DNA of 64,000 nucleotides from assembly GCA_019244185.1 (NCBI GenBank), contig JAFATB010000022.1, positions 1 through 64,000 of the forward strand, read 5' to 3'. The notes under the pieces are model-generated. The model was not told where the DNA came from and did no database searches. It saw only the letters and a list, made by a program, of their open reading frames with translations. This DNA comes from Acidobacteriota bacterium (GTDB taxonomy: Bacteria; Acidobacteriota; Thermoanaerobaculia; Gp7-AA8). Every line of letters begins with the position of its first letter. The first letter of the stretch is position 1. This document shows positions 1-9,900 of this stretch, piece after piece. Made by a program: the position numbers and the translations under genes.

Positions 1-735
1 GAGGGAGCCGCCGAGGTTCTGGATGTTGAAGGGGGCGTAGCCGGCGGGGATCGTGGCGTCGATGAAGCCGCCGGTGACCGTCGTCGCCGTGAACGTGCCG
101 TCGAAGACGTCGATGTGATTGTTCGCAAAGTCCGCGGCGTAGAGACGGTTGCCGCCGGAGTTCGAACCGATCGCGAGACCGGTGAAGACGTGGCCGGGCA
201 TCGAAACGACGCTCTGCGCCGACGCGCCGCTCGCCGCGTTCCAGGCGGTGATGTTGCCGTTGAGCGAGTCGAAGATGAACGCCGCCGGCGCGGGCGAGCC
301 GCCGCCGGGAGGCGTGAGCTGAAAGTCAGAGCTCGAGTTGCCGACGATCCCGGTGGGCAGGCCGGCGGGGATATTGATGTGCGACGGCGACGCGTTGAAC
401 GTCGTGGCATCGGTGCCGACGTCGACGTGCAAGAGGGAAGACGACGCGCTGGCGTTGTTCGCGGTCCAGAAAGGACTGGTGCCGCGCGTCGTGAGACCCC
501 ACGGGTTGACGAGCTGCGAGTCGAGCAGGCGCGCGAGTCCCGGCACGTCGGAGGCGAGGTTCGTCTGCACGTACGACGAGCCCGGCGCGATGACCGGCAC
601 GTCGAGCACCTGCACGTGCGGCGGCGCAGCGTACGCGGTGAGTCCCGCGAGACTCACGACGGCTGCGACTGCGACCAGGAACGTTCTCGCCGCGGCCGTT
701 GCGGCGAAGGACCCGCGGGGGAAGGGATGATGCAT
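1..735 (-). CDS. TIGR03118-family secreted beta-propeller protein (3' end runs off the window)
   Basis: Manual translation of the - strand from ATG at 735 (GGAGGG RBS upstream): MHHPFPRG..., signal-like region, YVQTNLASD..LVNPWGL..SPFWTANN..PTGIV..FIFDSLNGNITAW..GLAI..RLYAADF..IDVFD..YAPFNIQ. Absent from the ORF track because no stop lies in the window. Confidence 0.85.
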   Translation of the reverse strand, partial: MHHPFPRGSFAATAAARTFLVAVAAVVSLAGLTAYAAPPHVQVLDVPVIAPGSSYVQTNLASDVPGLARLLDSQLVNPWGLTTRGTSPFWTANNASASSSLLHVDVGTDATTFNASPSHINIPAGLPTGIVGNSSSDFQLTPPGGGSPAPAAFIFDSLNGNITAWNAASGASAQSVVSMPGHVFTGLAIGSNSGGNRLYAADFANNHIDVFDGTFTATTVTGGFIDATIPAGYAPFNIQNLGGSL

Positions 736-902
736 CGTGCGCCCTCCGAATGGATTGATGTCCGCGGCCGCGCTCGCGCACGGCTGGGGTCGATTGGTTG
801 TGGTGTCTCTCGGTCGTCGCGGATCGTAACACGCGCTCCGCGGCCTTCCATTTACTTGCATATCCATGCATATTCGGACCGGCTCTTGCTCTGTTGATCC
901 GC

Positions 903-2027
903 ATGGAAACCAATCGGCAGGTCGTGGTCATCACCGGAGCTTCGGCGGGCGTGGGGCGCGCGGTGGCGCAGGCGTTCGCGCGGCGCGGCGCGCGCATCGG
1001 GCTCATCGCGCGCGGGCGCACTGGACTCGAGGGTGCGAAGCGCGAGGTCGAGGCGTTGGGCGGCGAGGCGCTCGTGCTGCCGCTCGACGTCGCCGACGCC
1101 GCGGCGGTCGAGGACGCCGCGTCGCAAGTCGAGGCCGCGTTCGGGCCGATCGACGTCTGGGTCAACAACGCCATGACCACCGTCTTCAGTCCGATCCGCC
1201 TCCTCGAGCCCGACGAGGTCCGCCGCGTCACCGACGTCACGTACCTCGGCACGGTTTACGGCACGATGGCCGCGCTGCGGCGCATGCTGCCGCGCAACCG
1301 CGGCAAGATCGTGCAGGTTGGCTCCGCGCTCGCGTACCGCGGCATCCCGCTGCAGGCGGCGTACTGCGGCGCGAAGCACGCCATTCAGGGCTTCTGCGAC
1401 TCGCTCCACGCGGAGCTGCTGCACGAGGGGAGCGAGGTCGGCCTGACGATGGTCAATCTGCCGGCCGTGAACACGCCGCAATTCGACTGGTCGAAGAGCC
1501 GCATGCCGCGCAAGGCGCAGCCGGTGCCGCCGATCTTTCAGCCGGAGGTGATCGCGCGCGCCATCGTCTGGGCCGCGGATCATCACCGCCGCGAGCTCAA
1601 CGTCGCGTGGCCGACGACGAAGGCCGTGGTCGGCAACAACTTCGCTCCCGGCTACGCGGATGGTTATCTCGCGCGCAACGGCGTCGACGCGCAGATGACG
1701 AACGAGCCGGAGGATCCGCAACGGCCGAACAATCTGTGGGAGCCGGTCGACGGCGACTTCGGCGCGCACGGCCGCTTCGACGATCGCGCGCTCGACCGCA
1801 GCGTCGAGCTGGAGCTGAATCTGCGCCGCGAGTGGATCGCGGCCGCGGCTGCCGTCGGCGCGGGAGCGGCGGCGGTCGCGCTGCGGAAGCCGCGTCGCAT
1901 GCTCGCCGCGCTCTCGCTGCTTTGTTCCGCAACCGCGGCGGCAATGGCGGCGACGTCTCAGCGCCCGCGGTTCTTCTCGGCGATCGCCCAGAGAATCAGC
2001 ACGAACGCGGCGAGGCGGACCACGTAG
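903..2027 (+). CDS. SDR-family oxidoreductase with C-terminal hydrophobic tail
   Basis: TGASAGVG Rossmann motif, VNNA, YCGAK (YxxxK). Start placed at METNRQ. Confidence 0.9.
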   Translation: METNRQVVVITGASAGVGRAVAQAFARRGARIGLIARGRTGLEGAKREVEALGGEALVLPLDVADAAAVEDAASQVEAAFGPIDVWVNNAMTTVFSPIRLLEPDEVRRVTDVTYLGTVYGTMAALRRMLPRNRGKIVQVGSALAYRGIPLQAAYCGAKHAIQGFCDSLHAELLHEGSEVGLTMVNLPAVNTPQFDWSKSRMPRKAQPVPPIFQPEVIARAIVWAADHHRRELNVAWPTTKAVVGNNFAPGYADGYLARNGVDAQMTNEPEDPQRPNNLWEPVDGDFGAHGRFDDRALDRSVELELNLRREWIAAAAAVGAGAAAVALRKPRRMLAALSLLCSATAAAMAATSQRPRFFSAIAQRISTNAARRTT

Positions 2028-2224
2028 AGCGCGGTGTGCGCCGTGAAGAGCGTGAGCAGGACGCGCTGCAGCGAGAGGATGAAGAACGCCGTGGCGAAGT
2101 AGCCGAAGAGGCGGTCGCGCGTCTCGCGCCAGAAGCGGAGAAAGAACAAGCCGGCGACGAGGTAGCCCGCGGCGAGACTGCCGGAGAGGAACTGGACGAC
2201 GCGCGCCGTGGTGTCCGCGTTCAT
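1958..2224 (-). CDS. Small membrane protein, DUF5985-like
   Basis: MNADTT..GLFFLRFWRETRDRLFGYFATAFFIL, about 3 TM helices. Start overlaps the stop of the upstream paralogue. Confidence 0.75.
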   Translation of the reverse strand: MNADTTARVVQFLSGSLAAGYLVAGLFFLRFWRETRDRLFGYFATAFFILSLQRVLLTLFTAHTALYVVRLAAFVLILWAIAEKNRGR

Positions 2225-2490
2225 CGCGTCTCCCAGACCAGCCCGTACAGCAGCAGGAGGATGCCGGCCACGGCGGGCAGCGTGCGCCACAGCGAGAGGT
2301 CGACGTCGGGCATCACGCGCACGTCGATGAACAGCAGGATGTTGTTGAGCGCCAGCCCGACGAAACAGAGGCCGCTCCACAACAGCAGCCGCACGTGATT
2401 GCGCTGATGGGCGCGAAGCAGCAGCCACGCGCAGCCCACGCTGGTGAGCGCGCAGAGCGCGTAGACGACACTACCGGCGGCGGAGATCAT
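2221..2490 (-). CDS. Small membrane protein, DUF5985-like
   Basis: VYALCALTSVGCAWLLLR..RLLLWSGLCFVGLALNNILLFID, about 3 TM helices. Translationally coupled on both sides. Confidence 0.8.
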   Translation of the reverse strand: MISAAGSVVYALCALTSVGCAWLLLRAHQRNHVRLLLWSGLCFVGLALNNILLFIDVRVMPDVDLSLWRTLPAVAGILLLLYGLVWETR

Positions 2491-2855
2491 TGGTCTTTCA
2501 TCCTGAAGGCATCGGAGAACGCGCGCAGACGTTCGAGATTCTCGCTGAAGACGGCGTTGACGACCGAGGCGCGCTGGTCCGCGTACGCCGTCGTGAGCGC
2601 CGCGACGGTGGCGCGGTCTTCCTCGTCGCGCGGCGCGTAACGGAACGCGCCGGAGCTGCCGGTCACCACGAGCTGTTCGTCCGCCAGCCGCGCCAGCCGT
2701 TTCGCGGCGGCGCCCTGCTTCATGCCCAGCTGCGAGTCGATCGCCGCCGGCGTCCAGAACGTCTCCGGCGTCCGCTGCAGCAGCAGCAGGATCTCCAGCG
2801 TCTCGATGGAATCGACGCAGCGCCGGATGAACTGCAGCAGCGCGGGCGAAACCAT
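2487..2855 (-). CDS. Conserved hypothetical winged-helix-like protein
   Basis: MVSPALLQFIRRCVDSIETLEILLLL..WTPAAIDSQL..LARLADEQLV..FRYAP..LRAFSDAFR. Coupled to the DUF5985-like pair. Confidence 0.7.
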   Translation of the reverse strand: MVSPALLQFIRRCVDSIETLEILLLLQRTPETFWTPAAIDSQLGMKQGAAAKRLARLADEQLVVTGSSGAFRYAPRDEEDRATVAALTTAYADQRASVVNAVFSENLERLRAFSDAFRMKDQ

Positions 2856-3000
2856 CAGCACGGCTCCGCGAGGAGCGGGTTGTGTCGTTGCGTCATCGGA
2901 TGACCGAACGCTTCCGCGGCCTCCGCCGCGCGAAGCGAGATGGTTTGATATCAAGATTTGTTCCCGCTGCGCAATGGCGAGCGCGGAAGCGGAGTGGGCG

Positions 3001-3528
3001 CTAACGGCGCGCGGCCGGTTTCTTCGCCGCGGATCGGGAGCGCGCGGCGGGCGCCGACGCCTCTTCGAAGAGCATCCGCGCAGGCGCATCCGCCTCGCCC
3101 ATGAGGTCGACGATCCGCGCGAGCAGATCGGCGAGCTTCGCGGCGTCGGTCCGCGACAGCCGTTCGAGCGCCTCGGCCAGCCGCGTCTGCGCCACGGTCG
3201 CCGGCGTCTTGCGCTGCAGCGCGCGTCCGCGCGCGGTCAGCGACAGCTCGACACGGCGCGTGTCTTCTCCCGACCGCTCGCGCTTGACGAGTCCGCGATC
3301 GACGAGCCGGCCGACGACGACGGAGACGGTGCTCTGATCCGTGCGCGTGCGCTCGGCGAGCTCCTTGACGCCGAGCGGCCCGTCCGCGGAGCCGAGCGTG
3401 GTGAGCACGAACAGCTGCGCGCCGGTCAGCTCGAGATTGCCGGCCGCGCGGTGCGAGCTGCGCAGCGCGTGCACGATGCGGCGGAACGAATCCATGATCT
3501 CGGTGGAGAGCTGTTTGTCAGCGGCCAT
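3001..3528 (-). CDS. MarR-family transcriptional regulator
   Basis: LTGAQLFVL..VKELAERT..QSTVSVVVGRLVDRGLVKR..DTRRVELSLTARG. Confidence 0.9.
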   Translation of the reverse strand: MAADKQLSTEIMDSFRRIVHALRSSHRAAGNLELTGAQLFVLTTLGSADGPLGVKELAERTRTDQSTVSVVVGRLVDRGLVKRERSGEDTRRVELSLTARGRALQRKTPATVAQTRLAEALERLSRTDAAKLADLLARIVDLMGEADAPARMLFEEASAPAARSRSAAKKPAARR

Positions 3529-3600
3529 GTTCGCGTTCGCCCCTTCCTTCCGCGTCGTCACCTGCCATGGTGTCACGCTTCGGCCGCAAGGGCACGCGCG

Positions 3601-4203
3601 TCATCGCTTTCGCTTGGGGATGAGCGTGGCCACGGCGTGCGCGAGATGCGCCTCGACTTCGGCGTGCGTGCGCAGGCCGTCGGTCGCTTGCCGGCGCATC
3701 TGGATCGTGCCGAGGTACGCGGTGTAGGCGAGGACGGCGCGCTGCTTCGCCGCGGCGGCGTCGAGGCCGAGCGCCTCGTAGGCGTCGGCGAGAAAACGGA
3801 TGCGGCGGCGCGAGAGCTTGCGCAGCATGTCCGCCACGAGCGGCTCCGCTTCCTCCGCGGCCAGCGTGATGAAGAGTGCCTGCGCGCGCTCGAGGCTCAT
3901 CGCTTCGCGGAACGCCGCCTGCAGCCGCGCGGCCGGATCGGCGACGCGCTCCAGCGTTTCGATGGCCGCGCGGTCCGCCGCCTGCCACCGCTCGAGCGCG
4001 CGCGCGAGCAGCGACTCCAGCCCCGGAAAGTGCCAGTAGAAGCTGCCCTTCGTGACGCCGAGCGCCGCGGCGAGCGCGGGGATGCTCAGCGCGCGCAGGC
4101 CGCCGGACGCGATTGCGTCGAGCGCGGCTTCTTCCCAGTCGCCCGCGTCCTTCGTCGGCACGCCGAGCCGTTCCCTGCGAGGCTTGGCCGGTTTGCGTTC
4201 CAT
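3601..4203 (-). CDS. TetR/AcrR-family transcriptional regulator
   Basis: HTH LSIPALAAALGVTKGSFYWHF. Start at MERKPAK. ATACC-gtcg-GGTAT palindrome (4202-4215) over the start, a possible auto-operator. Confidence 0.9.
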   Translation of the reverse strand: MERKPAKPRRERLGVPTKDAGDWEEAALDAIASGGLRALSIPALAAALGVTKGSFYWHFPGLESLLARALERWQAADRAAIETLERVADPAARLQAAFREAMSLERAQALFITLAAEEAEPLVADMLRKLSRRRIRFLADAYEALGLDAAAAKQRAVLAYTAYLGTIQMRRQATDGLRTHAEVEAHLAHAVATLIPKRKR

Positions 4204-4232
4204 ACCGTCGGGTATCGTATCAGAGTCGCGCG

Positions 4233-4697
4233 TCAGCGAGGCGGCACGTCGAGGCGCATGAAGACGTTCGCGGTCGCATAGCGGACGTCGTCCGGAAGCG
4301 GCGCGTGGCGGAACGCGAGCGACTCGTAGAGGCGGATGGCGGACGAGAGGGACGTGTGCGACGTGAGGACGATCTCCTGCGCGCCGTGCTCGCGCGCGTA
4401 CGCGAGGACCGTCTCGCACAAGTGCCGGCCGAGACCGCGGCCGCGGATCGCGGGATCGACCGCGAGCTTCGCCAGCTCGAACGTGCGGTCGGAGACGCGG
4501 ATCGCGGCGCAGGTGCCGACGACGCGGTTCTCGTCGACCGCGAAGAACACCTCGCCGCCGTTCGCGAGAATCTTCCCCTCGGGATCGCGCAGGTATTCGA
4601 GATCGACCGGCTCGAGCAGCGCGTGCTCCTCGAGCCAGAGGCGATTGAGGCGTTCGAAGTCGTGGCGATACTCGGGACGGTAGCGGACGATGTTCAT
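4233..4697 (-). CDS. GNAT-family N-acetyltransferase
   Basis: ELAKLAVDPAIRGRGLG acetyl-CoA motif and AIRLYESLAF. Start at MNIVRY overlaps the upstream stop. Confidence 0.88.
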   Translation of the reverse strand: MNIVRYRPEYRHDFERLNRLWLEEHALLEPVDLEYLRDPEGKILANGGEVFFAVDENRVVGTCAAIRVSDRTFELAKLAVDPAIRGRGLGRHLCETVLAYAREHGAQEIVLTSHTSLSSAIRLYESLAFRHAPLPDDVRYATANVFMRLDVPPR

Positions 4698-5362
4698 GCG
4701 CGCCCTCCGCCGAGCAGCAGCGCGAGTGCATCGGTCAGCGAGTCGACGATCGCGGTGTGCGGCGCGGACTGCAGCAGCTCGCGCCGGTCGGCGCCGGTGG
4801 TGACGCCGATGCTCCAGCCGGCGGCGGCGTTGTACGCGGCGTAGAGATCGGCGCGCGTGTCGCCGATGCATGCGACCTCCGCGACGCTCTCCGTCCGCGT
4901 CGCTTCCATCGCGCGAAAGATCATGTACGGCGCGGGGCGGCCGGCGGGAACGTCGTCGTCGCAGACGACCGCGTCGACGAGCTCATTCCAGCGCAGCGCG
5001 TCCAGCAGCAGCGCGATGGTCTCGCGATCGAAGCCGGTGTTCAGTGCGACGCGGATGCCGCGCCCGCGCAACGCGGCGAAGACGTGCTCCGCATCGGCCA
5101 TCGCACGCATCGTTCCCTCGCGGACGAGCTCCGCCAGCGCGGTTCGGAACGACGCGTGCGCGGCCGCGGCGCGTTCCGGATCGTCGGGCACGAGCGCGGC
5201 GAACGCATCGCGTTTCGAACGCCCGCGCACCGCGCCGAGCGCGTCAGCGTCGAACGGCACGCCGTTGCGCGTGAGCGCGAGGCGGAAGGCTTCCGGGACG
5301 CCGCCGCCGTCGCTGACGGTCGTCCCAGCGACGTCGAAGACGACGAGCTTCGGTTCACGCAA
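4694..5362 (-). CDS. HAD-superfamily phosphonatase-like hydrolase (PhnX-like)
   Basis: Motif I FDVAGT, LNTG, GRPAPYMIFRAM, IGDT. Confidence 0.85.
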   Translation of the reverse strand: MREPKLVVFDVAGTTVSDGGGVPEAFRLALTRNGVPFDADALGAVRGRSKRDAFAALVPDDPERAAAAHASFRTALAELVREGTMRAMADAEHVFAALRGRGIRVALNTGFDRETIALLLDALRWNELVDAVVCDDDVPAGRPAPYMIFRAMEATRTESVAEVACIGDTRADLYAAYNAAAGWSIGVTTGADRRELLQSAPHTAIVDSLTDALALLLGGGRA

Positions 5363-5882
5363 GCACGCACCTCGTGCCTTCGAGGCCGTACTGCTCGCGC
5401 GCGATTCGTTCGAGTCGCTGCGCGATGGCCGCGCATTCGTGAGCGTTCAACTGCTGATGCGGCGCGGCCCAGGCGAGGCGGTCGTGGAAGGTTGGGAAGC
5501 GCGGCGCTTCTCCCCACTGCCACGCCGGATCGGCGGCGGTGCGGCTGCGCCCGAGCAGATGGAGATGCACGCGCCGCGACTCCACGACCGACTTCGCGCC
5601 GCGCGGCTCGGCGTCGTCGTGGAGCGACCAGTTGCCCGCTTCCCAGTAATTGAGGCAGCCGCCGGCGAGCGCCGGGAGCGCGTCGAGCATCGCGCGGCCC
5701 GCGGCGGCGACGAGGAGCGACCACGCCACGAGCTCGTCGCGCGTCAGCTCGGAGCGCTCCCACACCGGACGGGGCGGGTTGACGATGAGGTGTCCTCCGT
5801 CGGCGCGGTCGACGAGCACGAGGTGCGGCGCGGGCAGCACGACTTCGCCCGCGGCCGAGGCAAACAAACGCATGGCGCGCAT
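5355..5882 (-). CDS. Hypothetical protein, HIT-like fold possible
   Basis: GGHLIVNP..NYWEAGN..RVHLHLLGR resembles a HIT HxHxx motif. Head of the HAD/GNAT operon. Confidence 0.55.
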   Translation of the reverse strand: MRAMRLFASAAGEVVLPAPHLVLVDRADGGHLIVNPPRPVWERSELTRDELVAWSLLVAAAGRAMLDALPALAGGCLNYWEAGNWSLHDDAEPRGAKSVVESRRVHLHLLGRSRTAADPAWQWGEAPRFPTFHDRLAWAAPHQQLNAHECAAIAQRLERIAREQYGLEGTRCVLA

Positions 5883-6070
5883 TTTAGGTCAATGGTCGCT
5901 GCCGTGACGGGCGCCGCAACACGTTGACGTGATTGTTACTACGCATTGTAGAAACGACCCTCCAACTCCGAACCCTCCCGCACAATCCTTCAAAGACCCC
6001 GCGCCGAGGGAGGCGCGCGCGCATTTGTCCAATATTGAACAACAGCATGAAAAAAATCTATCTGCAAGTA

Positions 6071-6099
6071 TTGACGTTTGTGCGGCCCGTCCACATATT
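6071..6099 (+). promoter_or_regulatory. Putative sigma70 promoter of the Vps62-like/Rhs operon
   Basis: TTGACG-17 bp-CATATT with an A-rich tract upstream, in an AT-rich intergenic region. Confidence 0.45.
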
Positions 6100-6186
6100 G
6101 ATCCGCGTCTCTCCGCTCACCTCGCGCAAACATTTTCACCATCGTCCGAACGCGGCATTGCGCCGCAACAGAAAGGAAGTGTCTTT

Positions 6187-6819
6187 ATGTCTTTGTATGG
6201 TTCGTTGGCTCCGGAATTCGTCATCCGTGTCGGCAAAAAGGGTTCGCGCGCGACCGCGCAGGCTCAGGGCGAGCCCGCGCTCGTCGTCGGCACGACCAGC
6301 ATTTACGACTGGGTGTACGACGACAAGGGCTCCGGCGCCGACAATGACGTCACCGTCTGGAGGCCGCATCCCAGCGACAGCAATTACTACATCATCGGCG
6401 ATTACGCGCAGGGGAATTACGGCGCGCCGACCGGCACCGCGTACGTGGTGAAAGCGGTCAACGACGATCCGAACAATCCCCTTCTCAAGGCGCCGAAGAC
6501 GTACAACCAGATCTGGACGGACCGGGGTTCCGGCGGCGACAGCGACGGCTCGATCTGGTATCCGGTCCCCGAGGACAACTACGTGGCGATCGGATTCGTC
6601 GCGCAGCTCGGGTACGACATGCCGTCGCCGAAATATGCCTGCCTGCGCAAGGACCTCGTCGAGCTCACCGACGTCGGCGCGCTGATCTGGAAAGACAAGG
6701 GTTCAGGCGCCCACGACGACGTCGCGTTCTACAAGATCGTCGGCGTGCCGAACGCCTTCGTCGCCCAGGCCAACTACGACCCGTACAGCGGGAACGCCTA
6801 CAAAATCAAGGGCACTTAG
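6187..6819 (+). CDS. Vps62/DUF946-like (beta-tripod type) protein
   Basis: Three internal repeats: WVYDDKGSGADNDVTVWRP, IWTDRGSGGDSDGSIWYP, IWKDKGSGAHDDVAFYK; also Y..IGD and YACLRKDLV. Start at MSLYGS after AAAGGAAG. Confidence 0.8.
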   Translation: MSLYGSLAPEFVIRVGKKGSRATAQAQGEPALVVGTTSIYDWVYDDKGSGADNDVTVWRPHPSDSNYYIIGDYAQGNYGAPTGTAYVVKAVNDDPNNPLLKAPKTYNQIWTDRGSGGDSDGSIWYPVPEDNYVAIGFVAQLGYDMPSPKYACLRKDLVELTDVGALIWKDKGSGAHDDVAFYKIVGVPNAFVAQANYDPYSGNAYKIKGT

Positions 6820-6838
6820 CGCCCGCTCCTGACGCCCG

Positions 6839-6879
6839 GGTGTCATCCCGAGCTGCCGAGCGTCGCTCGGGATGACACC
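6839..6879. repeat. Perfect 15-bp inverted repeat (REP-like hairpin)
   Basis: GGTGTCATCCCGAGC-11 nt-GCTCGGGATGACACC between the Vps62-like and Rhs genes; no U-tract. Confidence 0.8.
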
Positions 6880-6910
6880 GGTCTGCTCGCACGAACCAAG
6901 GAGGTTTGCA

Positions 6911-9900
6911 ATGCCTACGACGAGCGGAGCTCTGTCCGCCGCCGGTCTGAAGCAGGGGAATTTTGAAGTCGATGCGAATGGGCAGGCCGTCTACCGGCTG
7001 CCGATCGCCATTCCGCCCGGGATTGCCGGACATCAGCCCACACTGGAGCTGGTGTACATGCACCAACTCCCGAACGGACCGCTCGGCATCGGCTGGGACA
7101 TCTCCGGGTCGGGATCGATCACGCGGGCCAAGCCGGTCTATGCGATCGACGGCTTCAGTGCGCCGATCACCTACGGCACGACCGACCGCTTCGCCCTCAA
7201 TAACCAGCGCCTGATCAATGTCGACGGAGAATATGGCGCCGGCAATACGCTCTATTACACCGAATTACAGACGTGGAATTACGTCCAGGCCGGCGCCACG
7301 CCCGAAGACGGATTCACGGTCATTACGAAGAACGGCGACACGCACGAATTCGGCAAGACCGCCGACAGCCGCATCCTGGCGCTCGGCACGAACCTCGTGC
7401 GCGTCTGGGCGCTCAATGCGCTCGTCGACCGCAATGGCAATCGCGTCGAATTCACGTACACGACCGCGCCCGGCGGCGGACAGGCGAAGGGCGCCTATTA
7501 CATCGACACGATTCGCTATACGAGCCGCGATGGCGTCGAGCCCGCGCGCCTCGTGCAGTTCACCTACGAGTCGCGCCCCGATTCGATCGTCGATTTCGTG
7601 GGCGGCTATCGCGTGGAGACCGCGTTCCGCCTGAAGCAGATCACCGTCTCGCTTTCCGGCTCGGTCGTGAGCACGTATACGCTCGATTATCGCGACGTCT
7701 CCGATACGGGCCTGAGCACGATCGCCACCATTACGCAGACAGGCGCGGTGCTCGAGGGTGCGCCCGCATTGCCGCCGACGACCGTCACGTGGCAGGACGC
7801 GGGCACGCGCAGTTTCGACGTCGGGCCGACCTCGATCCTCGATCAGCATCCCGGCACTCCCGACGTCCGGCCGATGGACGTCACCGGCAGCGGCCGCACG
7901 GATCTGGTCCAGCTCTGGATCGACGGCTCGAACACGATCCACGCGACGTCGTACCTCGCCACGCCGTCGGACGACTCGGTCACGTTCGTCCGCGCGGCCG
8001 ACACGCCCCTCGGCTACTTCGGCAGCAAATTCTCGATCGTCCCGGTCGACGTCGACGGCGACGGGCGCACCGATCTGCTGGTCGCCTACGCCAGCAGCTC
8101 GAACCAGGACGAGCTTCGTCTGGCGGTGTTTCTCTCCGACGGCAGCGGCGCCTTCACCGACGGCGGCACCTTCAATACCGGCGATACGTGGAGCTCGAAG
8201 CACATCGACTTCTTCGCCGCGGACGCGAACGGCGACGGCCGCACGGACCTCGTGGAGGCATACGGCTCGTACGACTCGGAGCGCGGCAGCGACGTGCTGG
8301 CGTTCCGCACGTACCTCTCGCAATGCGGCGACGGCGACGGAAAGATGTTCACGCCGGCCATCGTCACGAAGACCGGCGATCCCGCCACCGTCACCGCGCA
8401 GCTCGCGTTCTGGCCGATGGACGTGAACGGCGACGGCCTGATCGACATCGTCCGCGTCTGGCAGCGCGGCTCGGATCAGCACATCATCGCCACCGCGTAC
8501 ATCGGCGTCAGCCGCTCGCTGTACGACGTCTCGTTCGACGACCAGGTCGCCAGCGACCTCGGCACGTTCAGCCTGCAGAACCAGAAAGCGTTCCTGCCGG
8601 TCGACGTCAACGGCGACGGCATCCAGGATCTGCTGCAGGTGTGGCAGGAGCCGACCGGGAACGGGACCACGCTGCACCTCTCGACGTTCTTCTGCGACGG
8701 CGCGGGCGGCTTCGTCGCCGGTCCCGACTCGCAGTTTCAGAACCAGACCATCAATCTCTTCTATCCGCTCGACCTCGACGGCACAGGACTAACGGCCGTC
8801 GTCAGCCAGTGGGTCTCCGGCGACAACAAGCTGATGTTCACGCCGTTCCGCGCGTCGCCGTCGGGCGTCTATACGATGCTGCCGGCCTTCGACGCGGGCA
8901 CGGTCGGCGTGCAGATCGAGTCGGCGCTGTTCCTCCCGTGCGATGCGAACGGCGACGGTAAGGCGGATCTGATCCGCGCAATGATCGACGGCAACCAGCA
9001 GGTCGCGGTCGTGCCGTATCTCTCCGCCGGCGCGTATCCCGATCTGGTCAGCTCCATCGAGAACCAGCTCGGCGGCCTCGTGTCGCTGCAATACGCGCCG
9101 CTGTCCGACGGGAGCGTGTATACCGCGCAGAGCTCCGACGTCTATCCGTCGGCGCCGGGCCAGCGCTTCCCCAATCCGATGACGCCGACGGTGTTCCCGA
9201 TCCAGCAGGTGCTCGGACGGGCCACGTACGTCGTCTCGCAATACACCGAAGAGAGCGCGGCGACGAACCGCTTCGCGTACAGCTCGACGACCACCGTCAC
9301 CTACGAGCACGCACAGCTCAATCTCCTCGGGCGCGGCTGGCAGGCCTTCGGGACGATCAACCGTCAGTCCGACACCGGACGGCGCACGGTGACGCAATAC
9401 GCACAGGACTGGCCGTTCACCGGGATGCTGCTGGCGACGACCATTGAAGCCGCGGGCGACGGCACACCGGTCATCGCGGCCATCAGCTCGACCGAGTACG
9501 TGTCGCGCGTCTCAGCCACGGGCGTGAGCGGCACGCAGATCCTCGAGGTGCTGCGCCAGAAAACGCGCAACGAACAATACGAGTCGGGCACGTTCGACTA
9601 CGCGCTCGCGCAGACGTTCGGCTACGACAACTATGGGAACGAGTCGCTGAACGTCTACCTCGGCTATGTCGACACGGATGACAATCCACTCGATCCGGCC
9701 GAGGTGGTGTACCGGTATCGGCAGTACCGCAATGACGTGGATTCGAACGGCTGGGCGCTCGGATATCTCTCGTATGCGAAGGAATCGGCGAACGCCAGCG
9801 ATCCGGACGTTACGCAATTCCTGCCGGGCGACTATCACCTCGAGCATCGCACGTACTATGACGGTACGTACAATCTGAAATCCGTCGGCAAGTGGGACGA

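Noticed and set aside
857-873. TGCATAT direct repeat (10-bp period) in the divergent promoter region
   Set aside because: Only two short copies, too weak to call a binding site without comparative data.
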